Positions 12,301 through 22,059 of a stretch of 64,000 nucleotides of DNA are shown in pieces (position 1 is the first letter of the stretch; the number at the start of each line of letters is the position of its first letter). Below the pieces are notes generated by a model, which was not told the DNA's origin, did not search any database, and saw only the letters and a program-made list of their open reading frames with translations. The stretch is from the NCBI GenBank assembly GCA_015680685.1, contig MNCI01001886.1, positions 208,847 through 272,846 of the forward strand. Direction: 5' to 3'. Position numbers and translations under genes: made by a program. Source of the DNA: Gnetum montanum. Lineage: Eukaryota; Plantae; Gnetophyta.

Positions 12301-12826
12301 TACCTACAAGAAGTTGTAAAATCAATGAAGTTAGGTAAGAAAATCAAGTTAAAACCATAAAAATATTACAATAACCATGTTTACCCCTATAGATGATACA
12401 CAGTGCCTCGTGGATTATGGAATAATGTGTGGAATTTATGCATCACCTTCAAAGTATTGTCAGTATTATACTGACTATACTCTAGCATCATTCAAATCTC
12501 TATAAGGTAATGTGGACTCATGATATCTGCTAATCTACTTGTAGGAAGCATCCTATCAATAATGTACTTGGTAATCAGGCCAGATGCTTGAGGCAACAGG
12601 GTCTCCACAATAACCCCAACTACATCCATGGACAAGTATGACCACAACATCACACCAAAGTTCCTAAGGAGGTAGGCAAGGAAGTTCCTCACCATAGGTT
12701 GGAACCACAATGACAGTTCTCCTAAAGGCATGTCATGTGGTGGAGTATTGGTCTTGGGATGACCAATGTAGTACAAAATACCAACTAGCTCCACTATGAT
12801 GAGGATAGGCCTTAAGAAGGCCCTAC
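9355..12826 (-). pseudogene. Antisense multi-exon accessory gene inside the retrotransposon: FCP1/NIF-like HAD domain + PMD-like region + coiled coil
   Basis: Exons 12826-12385, 12303-12035, 11929-10925, 10826-10650, 10575-10438, 10355-9533 and 9425-~9355, separated by six U-rich GT-AG introns of 74-107 nt. Phases are consistent at five junctions. Many stops sit at probable Q/R/W codons, and there are frameshifts in the two long exons. Confidence 0.75.
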
Positions 12827-12844
12827 CTGAAACAAAACAAAAAT

Positions 12845-13275
12845 GTTATGACCAATTAGAGTTTCTAAGAGGTTAGGGAAACATCCTAGCCAAAGGTGAA
12901 ATTAGCTTTTGTAAAAAGCTCTAACACGTTTATATAAATTAGCTTAAGAAATTCCACAAAAAAAGAATTATCACAACCTTTCAAAGTAAAAGCATTATAA
13001 CCTATTAGAGTTAGTTAGCAAATTTATACAAAAAATCTAGTCCATGGTGAAATTAGCCTCTTTAAAAGGCTCTAAGATGTTTTTCTAAATTATTCTAAGT
13101 AATTCCATGAAAAACAATTATTACAACCTTGCATAAAATTACATCATGACCAGTTGGAATTTCTTAACAAATTTAGGAAAAACATCTTGAGTCAAAGGTG
13201 AAATTAGCCTTTGTAGAAAGTTCTTGGATGTTTATCTAATTAGCTTAAGAAATTCCATAGAAGCATTATTACCAT
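12845..13275. repeat. Three ~150-bp tandem units
   Basis: GGTGAAATTAGC recurs at ~12895, ~13045 and ~13197 with colinear flanks. Confidence 0.8.
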
Positions 13276-14909
13276 ATTTTATATCCTTCATAGCCAAAAT
13301 TTCATAGCCCAAAACAATGTCTCAGTTTAAATTATGCATGAATTTAGAGAAAGCACCTAGATTATGCCTAATTTGAGAAAAACAAGCATAAGCTTGGAAG
13401 CAACATCTAAATTATGCAAAGCATACATAAATTTGGAAAAATCATCTAAGTTATTCACAAATTTAGAAAAAGCATAATAAACATAGAAAAAGATATGTAA
13501 CCATAATAAAAGCTTATTTAAAATAGAAAAAGCTTTTAATTTTATTAGAAAATAGAATTAAACATTAGTTTTCCATATCAACGACTTCTATGTAATGCAA
13601 TTATGATTTTTTTTACCTTGATTCATGCAACAATAGCTAAAAAATTCATAAAAAATTTTGTTTGAGATCCAAACAAGGTGATTCCACCACCATGTGAAAA
13701 CTTAAATCAATCCTTATGCACCCATGCTTAGAAAAGATCTAGAACATTTGCTGTTTATGAAAGAAAAATTTGTCAATTTGGACAATAATCTAGAAATGGC
13801 AACAACATCCTTACTACACATGCTTAGTAAAAACTTCATAGAAAATTTATTTTAAGTCCAATTAGAGTGATTCCAAATCCATTGGAAAGTTGAAGGTAAA
13901 GAATATGTATCCAAAAATAAGAAAAATCCAAAACCTTTGCCAGTTTCTCAGAAACAATTCAAAAAATTATATAAAATTGCAAAAGTGGCACAAACAGCCT
14001 AATTGTACACCATTAGGAACTGAGCCATAACTTCTTCGTTTCAAAGTTCAAGTAAATAAGACAACCATAAAAAAACTCAAACAAAGGGGTAAAAATACAT
14101 AACCCTTAAATTTGCAAATATGTAGTTGTTCTACCAAGAAAATATACACGACATTATTTTCTTTTTCACAGTAAAATTTCAAAAATCTCAAAATCTAAAT
14201 TTCATATAGCCATTAAAATAGTCAAAGTAGCCAAAACAATTAAAACCCATTAAACTTTACACCAAAATAATGGGGTAGGATTTTGTTAAAACTTAATTTT
14301 AATGAATCTTAATTCCTAGATCTAAAAAAATGGCCATAGCCCAAAAATTTTGGAAAAATGCATGAAACATTAAGTCCTATTTTTAAAATCAAATCTACAA
14401 AAGAGAAAGTGATGAAACAACTATAGATATACATGGGAGTAGCCAAAATAGGACACGGGATTTTATCAAAATTCTATCATAAACCCTCTACTGAAGTAGA
14501 TCTAGAAAAACAAACTAACACATAGGAAGCAAAAAACTAGAAAAAATTGGAAAGCCAAAAGCCCACTCAAGGATGCCCAAAATTGCTAAATTTTGACATG
14601 GATCCATAGCCGTTGATCTTGGGAAATCTGGGAGGTAACATGCATGGTTGATTATGACTTGAATTGGCCAAGATCTAGGATTATTACTTCTTTGACACTA
14701 GAGTAACTTCCCCAAAATGGAAAAAATGGTGGAAAGCTACTTTTCCACTTTTGGAGACATGATGGCACTCTCAGAAGCCAAAGATATACACCAAAGAAGC
14801 CAAGGACCCCATAGCCTCAAGATTTTATTTTTTTGACCTTATTTTAACCTTCAAAACATATTTCCCCCATTCTTCCATGTTCTAGTATCTCCCCTAGCAT
14901 TGAAATAAA

Positions 14910-14955
14910 GGGGGGGGGGGGGGGGGGGGGGGNNNNNNNNNNNNNNNNNNNNNNG
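14910..14955. other. Poly-G tract adjoining an assembly gap
   Basis: G run 14910-14932, N run 14933-14955. True length unknown. Confidence 0.95.
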
Positions 14956-16190
14956 GGGTGGCGGTGGGGGGAAGACTCTAAGTGCCCTTAAAATAGCCTT
15001 CAAACATGCATAAAATTAGCCAAGAACTTGCAAAATTGAAGTCTACAACCCTAGGGGCCTAGAAACCTAGTCAAAGTGCCCCTAAATCACTCTAAATTCA
15101 TAAAAAAAGTGTCCTCATATTTTTCCATGCTAAGGATACTATGCCTAGCATGGACAAAATGGGAAAGCCATTTTGACACTTATCAATGCTCAAAGTTACC
15201 TTAGATTGCCTTGGAGTGAATTCAGGAGATGCACAAGTTCTAAATATGGGCCTTGACTACATGTTTAACCATGCTTGACCTCCTTTTTGGTTTTATTTTG
15301 GTTTTCCATGATAAAATCCTTCTTTTCCATGTTGGCTAGTGTGGAAAGAAGGGGGGAAGACTTCAAAACCTACTTTTTGACCTTTACAGACCTCTAGAGT
15401 GCCCAATTTGGATGGATCCAACCTTACACTACCTTGGTAAGGTCCTAAAACATTAATTTTGGACCTCTAAGTATCCCAATACCTATTTTCCTTAGTCTTC
15501 TTACTAAGGGTCCCTGTTTCCACATTGAGCCCAATGCGGAAGCCTCAAAACACTTATTTTTTGGTCCAAATAGCCTAGAAACAACCTTGATTAATGCCTA
15601 AACTCACCTAATAGCCTTGTAGCCTCAAAACATGGCCCACTAATGCCTAAAACTAGTAGAAACCTAACCAGTATTCACCTATATTGATCAAATTTTATCA
15701 TAAATAGCCTATTGTGCTCAATGTTTTGACTTATTGTTAGACTTATGTTGCCTTGCTAACCTTGTTAACCTTTTATGGAATTTATACAACCTTATATGTT
15801 CATTGTTTGTCTTATTATAGCACTATTTACCTTTGTTTGACCTTTAAATGGTATTAAATAGTGGGTTTTGACATTCCTTGACCACCATTTGACACCATAC
15901 AACCATGGTCTACTAAGGCCTTAAACTATCATAATGGCCGACTAAGCCCTAAAACTACCAAAATTGTGGCCTTTATTGACCATTTGCAGCCTTACTTGTT
16001 GTGCTTCCCCTTCATTGACCTTTATGTAATATTTGTTTTCCTTTATTATAGTTTACTGAATTGACCTTATCTCACTAATGACCTTGGATGGCCTTGATTG
16101 CATTAGATTTGCATGTGTTTTATGACATTTTAACATTATTTATTCACTTTTTCCTAGGTGCTAGTTAATGTGCTTTTAGTTAACATGTAG

Positions 16191-19100
16191 GATCAAAGTA
16201 TGAGTACTTGGAAGAAAATTATTTTACCTTTGTGTCTACATGGACCTCATTGTGATATTAAATAATGTATTTAACCTTGATTGCCTATATCTTGAGCTTG
16301 AGAGTCTTGTAGACCACATAGCCTCTAGAGAGAAACCTCTAGAATGGCTTGAAAACCTAGTTAACATGCTTGACTTAGAAGCAAGAGACATAACCAAGGA
16401 TTCTCTAGTTGAGGTTCCTATCATAGCACATAGTGATGAGGAGAAAACCCTTAAACTAAGTTTCTCACTAGAGCCCCAATATGCCCAAGACATCACCAAT
16501 GTATTATAGAGAAATATTAAGGCATTTTCCATCCTATATGAAGATATGCCAGGCCTAGACCCATCTCTAGTATAGTACAACATCATATTGAATCCTAGCA
16601 TTAGACCAATTATTCAAAAAGTGCACAAGATTAGATGTAATTTGGCTTTGGTTGTTCACGATGAAATCTTAAAGCTCTACTAAGAAAGATTCATTAGGGC
16701 TATCAATTATGTAGAATGGGTATCCTACATAGTTGTAGTTCCTAAGAAAAATGGGAGTATCTATGTTTGCTTTAAGTTTTGAGACCTAAATAAAGTGACT
16801 ATCAAGGATGACTTCCCTTTTCCCAGTATTGATCAACTTATCAATACTATAGCTAGACATGCCTTACTATTCTTTATGGATGGATTCTTGGGATATAACC
16901 AAATTAGGATCAACCTAGTGCACCAACTTAGCATGATCTTTATGATTCAATGGAGGACTTTTTGTTATACCATGATGCTCTTTGGCCTTAAGAACACTAC
17001 AGCAACATACCATAGAGCCATGACGTATATCTTTAGTGATTACATGCTAGGTTTACTAAATGATTATGCAGATGACATAGCTATGAAGTCTAAGATAGAT
17101 GATGATCATGCTAATGGCCTAGATCTTGTGCTTAAACAATGCCTCAAATATGAGCTTAGGCTCAATCCTAAGAGGTGTGTCTTCAGTGTTAAGACTAGTA
17201 AGATGCTTGGCTTTGTAGTCTCTGAAGTAGGGATATGCATCGATCCTAATAAGGTTAAGGCCATATCCAAATTAGTAGCACCTAAAAACATTAAAGAGAT
17301 TTAGGGATTACAAGGCAGACTACAATTTATTTGTAGGTTTATTGCTAGGCTTACAGATAAGTTATAGTCCATGCACCACTTTCTTAAGAAAGGAGTTCAC
17401 TATGAATGTATGGCTTAATGCCAATAGGCCTTTGAAAACCTTAAGCAAGAGTTGATATAACTATTGACAATCTATCATTTTCAAGAGGGTGAGCCATTTT
17501 AAATTTATCTCACCATCTTTGATACATCCATTTCCTCTCTACTTTGTTAGAAATATGATGATAGAGTAGAAATGCCTGTATACAACCTTAGCCATGCGTT
17601 AGTTGCCCAAAAGACCTAATACACTTAAGTGGATAAGTATTGTCTAGCACTAGTCTTCTATTTGAAGAAATGGAGACACTACCTCTTTAGAAGCCAAGTA
17701 AACATAATTTTCAAGGATACCATACTTAGATCCATAATAACCAGCATATACCAAAGTAGTCGTATAGCCCGATGGAAAGCCATAACTATAGAACTTGACC
17801 TCCATTACATCTCTAAATCCTCAACAAAAGATCAAGCTATAGTTGTACAACTCACAATTTTACCTATAGATGACCAATCAACCTTAGATCTTGAGTTCCC
17901 TAATGACCACATCAACATAGTTAGCCAACTTCTTGAGGATTATGAGGTAGTAATGAACTTAGATGGAGCTTCATCCACCCATGGAGCCAATGCTGATACC
18001 ATCATAACATTCCCATCTAGTGAGATCCAACAATTTTCCCATCATTTTGGATTCCCATCTACCAACAACATAGTAGAATATGAGAGTTTTATTAGAGGGA
18101 TAATGGTAGGTTGTGACATAGGTATTAGATTCCTAGACATCAATGGTGATTCAAAGCTCATGGTTAATCAAGTAATTGAAGTCTATGCATGCAAAGCTAA
18201 GCACTTACAACCTTACTATGACCTAGGGAAGTAGGTCTTACAATAATTCATAGACATTGATATCCAACACATACCTTGAAATGAAAATGCCATAGCTAAT
18301 GTAATTGCAACATTAGACCTTAGTGTGATAGTACATGTGTTTAGCAAGTTTCCCACCTTAACCTTGGATTGTGCTATTCCCATCACACAAAACATTGAGG
18401 ATACATTTGTGGTCATTGTTCATACTCCTCCTCCCAAGGAGTGTTATGATGATATCAAAGTTTACCTCATGCATGATGAATCCTCACAAGACTTGACTAT
18501 TACTTGAAAGAAGACCATATGCAAGTGATCAAAGTAGTATGTCATTATAGGTGATAACACATTATGTTGATGATCCTATGATGACATACTCCTAAAGTTC
18601 TTCGATAAAATCAAATCTAGAACAATCCTAGAGGAGGTTCATAAGGGTGTTTGTGGAGGACATATAGGACATATAGCCATGGCCACTAAGATTAGATGGT
18701 GAGGTTACTATTAGACTCATATGAAAAATGACATCTTACAGAAGGTTAAGTGATGTGACACATGCCAATGATATAGCAACCAGATACATGTATCATCAAT
18801 AAAGTTACATATAACCTAGATAGCATGGTCATTTCAATGATCGGGGTTGGATATCATTGGACCTATAATGCCTAAGTCTACCATAGGAAATAGCTTCATA
18901 ATCACATCAACCAAATACTTTACCAAGTGGATTGAGGTTATTCTCCTAAGGAAGACCACATTTGAACAAGTTTGCAAATTTATCCTAGATAACATTATGG
19001 CTCATTTTAACATACCGATGATCGTAATTACAGAAAATGGACCTCAATTTAATAGCCAAGAAACCAAGTTTTTTTGTCACAACCTAGGCATTAATAATTC

Positions 19101-19683
19101 TTTCTTCTTACCTTACTACCCCCAAGCCAATGAACAAGTAAAAGCAAGCAACAAAGCCATCATCAACTTACTCAAGAAGATGCTTAACAATAGCAAGTGG
19201 AAGTCGCATGAGTAGCTTTTCCATGCACTACGGGCATAGAAAACAACCTATCACATAGCAAATAGCATAACCCCTTATAGCCTTGTTTATGGTTGTAAAA
19301 TAGTTTTACCTTTTGAATTATAGGTGCCATCACCCTCGATAGCCTTGATCAACTTCATCAATGATAAACAGAGCAAGGAGTTATGGATGGTGGTCCTAGA
19401 TTTGGTGTAGGAGTGACATATGTAAGTGCTTGCTCACATCAAGAACTATCAAGAGAGGTAGAAGAGATAACATCACCATGACCTGACCACACACAAGATC
19501 AAGGAGCCGGACCTAGTCCTCAAGGCCATTTGTGAGCATGTAGACAAATTCTTAGCTAACTAGGAAGGGCCCTTCCTTATCACCAGAGCCTACAAGAATG
19601 GATCAGTTAGAATAGCTAACATGGATGGGAATCAGTTGGTTAATCTAGTCAAGCATTCCTATCTAAAGCCATAATACATGTAC
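16191..19683 (+). pseudogene. Degenerate pol of element 1: RT-RNase H-archaeal RNase H-integrase
   Basis: RT: EDMPGLDP, VVVPKKNG, KDDFPFPSIDQL, MDGFLGYNQI, FGLKN, DYADD. RH: LKKWRHYL. aRH: MNLDGAS..TNNIVEYE..INGDSKLMVNQV. INT: LDIIGP..YFTKWIE..TENGPQF..PYYPQAN. Confidence 0.93.
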
Positions 19684-19716
19684 CCAATAATCGTCAACAA
19701 GATAACCTACTTTTGG

Positions 19717-19810
19717 CAATCTACTATGATCTTAAACTAGCAACATATCCTACTAGGGTCTTCAACTAGTACCATGGCCTACCATGGCCTTAAACTAGCA
19801 ACCTTGATGA
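19717..19810 (+). repeat. ~29-bp tandem array in 3' UTR
   Basis: Three units of the type GGCCTACYAWGGYCTTAAACTAGCA, related to the 8891-9030 array. Confidence 0.75.
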
Positions 19811-19933
19811 CCTAAATAGCTTGATTCTCATTTGATCTATATGAATGATAGCATTATAATATGTAGCGGTGTTTTGTATTCTTTTTCAGTGCTTCTTAAG
19901 TCAATCCTCTAGACACCAACAAAGAGCAGCCAT

Positions 19934-21522
19934 TGAAATATCACAAAACATTGTATGTTATAACTAATCTTCATCATGTAAATTTCACCCCATGAAACTT
20001 GAGGTAAAACATCATTACAAATGTGAAAATTGTAACCCACAATGGGTAATTTCACATACTTTATACTTTTAGGGCTGAAAAGTTTCTTATAAGTGGAAAA
20101 AGCCTCATTCCCCAAGTGAAAAAGGTCATCTAATATCTATATTTGGGATTGGGAGATTAAAAATGCCTTTTGGAATGCAAAAAAGATAGTTTGATGGTTT
20201 TTTTTCTTTTGGGAGGGGGGGGTGGGGTGGGGGAAAGTGGGTATACATTTTTCTACACTAGAAACACATGTAGAGGGGTAGATCTCACTTACCCCCAACA
20301 TGGAAGGGAGGGGGTTTTGGAAACTTGCCACCTTAAACATGAAGACCACATGCAAAGCTTGGAAACTTTCCCCCCTCAATGTGGAACTTTTCCCCTGTAC
20401 TGGAAAATTTCCTCCTATCTTGGAAAGTTTCCTCCTACTAGCCTGGAAACTTTTTCCCCTTAGCATGAAATTTTTTCCCTAGTGTGAAGTCTTCATCCCT
20501 AGTGTTGAAAATTCATTCCCTTAGCATGGAAGCCACAAAAAGCAAAAATTCATCAATTCATGTACTTTAACATTGACCAGCCACTTCAACAAGCATGGTG
20601 GAGAGCTTAGCATGGAATATTCATCTCTAGTGTGGAAGGTGTGCCTCAATTATTCTTTATAGTAAATGGAATGGCCATGGTGGGAAGCACTTACTATGTA
20701 TGGTAACCTTTAAAATTTGGGTATCCATCTCACCTAACTTCGGCAGCCAATTTGCAGCAAAATTACATCAAATTTTCAGCCCCATTTATGGCCCATAAAT
20801 CTTATAAAAGCCAACCTTGAACACCATTTATAGGTTATAATAATGTTTTCATGGTTGAGCAATTTTTCTTAGATTTTAAGAAAACTCTTAGCAAAGTCTA
20901 GCCATTTTTACAATTTCACTCTTGGGGCATTTTCACAAGAGTTATTGCAATCTCCAATGTTTACATCCTCTTAAACCCCATAGTAAAATCATAATCACCT
21001 TAAGATTCATGGATTTTCAATATTAGCCCTACACTCCTACAATTCCCAAATTTGGCATTCAAATTTTCCACTTTTCACAACGCCTAGTAGTGGTCCAACT
21101 TGTAGATCTAAGGATGTAGTAGTGAAGGAAGGTTCAATCACATCAAGAGTGGCTTAGCACTTGTATCATGCCGTAGATCACATCGGTTTCAACAAGCTCT
21201 GAACACTTACATAAGTGAACCCCCTTTCTGCTCATCCAGGCGACATTTGTACACATTTTGCTAACTTATTCTTTAGTCTTTCTCAATAAAGTTTTAAATT
21301 TTGAGTTTTGTAATCAAAAAAAGAATATATTTTTTGTGCATTAATCAAATCTATTTGTATTTCCACGTTTTTCATCTTATAAGACATTGGTTGATTTTCT
21401 AGATTAGACATGGCACCTCGAATCCCATTTCTCTCATAGAGGCCTTGGGGATTCAAGGTTGGGAAATTGCTACACCAAGGTTCCTTGGTATTTTCCAGCA
21501 ATCGAGGTTTTTGGTCACAACA
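19934..21522 (+). repeat. 3' LTR of Tat element 1
   Basis: Starts TGAAATATCACAAA after the purine-rich AACAAAGAGCAGCC. Ends GGTCACAACA followed by the TSD. Confidence 0.92.
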
Positions 21523-21540
21523 TTACTATTTATTTTTTAG

Positions 21541-21960
21541 CATCTGGATGAGGTTTTTCTTCTCCTTTCTCTTTTGAGTGTCATCAAAGTAGAGCACAAA
21601 CATTGTTGGCTAGATTTTCTAAGCATTGAATTTTAGTTCTTCAGATATTCAGAAAAAGAATTGTTGATACTTTGCCAAAAAGCATATTTATTGGTCAAGT
21701 AGGCCCTCAAGAGGTCTATTTGATTTAGGAGATGCTAATAGGGTAGAACTAGTAATTGTAACATATAGCAAAAAATGGCTGAATAAGATTCTAAATATTA
21801 TTAAGGTAAGTTCAACCTTGTTTCTATTCAAGTATACAACAAAATTTTTTTGAGTCTTCATGTGTTTTATGCTAGTTCCTTATGAATAAAATCTTATATA
21901 TAGTAGAATTTTTTTTTGGTTTTAGATGGATGAATATTTTATTAGTTTATGGTTATTTTT
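21541..21960 (+). pseudogene. Remnant 3' exons of the antisense accessory gene of element 2
   Basis: FDLGDANRVELV here versus VDLGDVNHVNMI in element 1. Intron AAG|GTAAGT (21806) to TTTTGGTTTTAG (21925). Confidence 0.55.
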
Positions 21961-22059
21961 TGTTTTAATGATTACATTTCTGGCTACTCTTGGTACTAAT
22001 GGTTACATGTTTTTATTATTCAAAAGCCCTTGAGTGATGATGGTGATGGCTTTGTTCAC

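Larger units (their letters stand above)
8581..16190 (+). other. Putative Ogre-type intron between protease and RT (~7.6 kb)
   Basis: Donor position reads ATAAGT here but GTAAGA in both paralogous copies (22761 and 34229, minus). Acceptor TTAATGTGCTTTTAGTTAACATGTAG has a conserved counterpart at ~55995-56025 (minus). Both junctions are phase 0. Confidence 0.6.
3321..21522 (+). mobile_element. Full-length decayed Ty3/gypsy Tat-clade (Ogre/Retand-like) LTR retrotransposon, ~18.2 kb
   Basis: Two homologous LTRs (3321-4983, 19934-21522) with outer TG...CA ends. Identical 5-bp TSD TTACT at 3316-3320 and 21523-21527. PBS-like TGG after the 5' LTR. gag, PR, RT, RH, aRH and INT occur in order. Confidence 0.95.
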
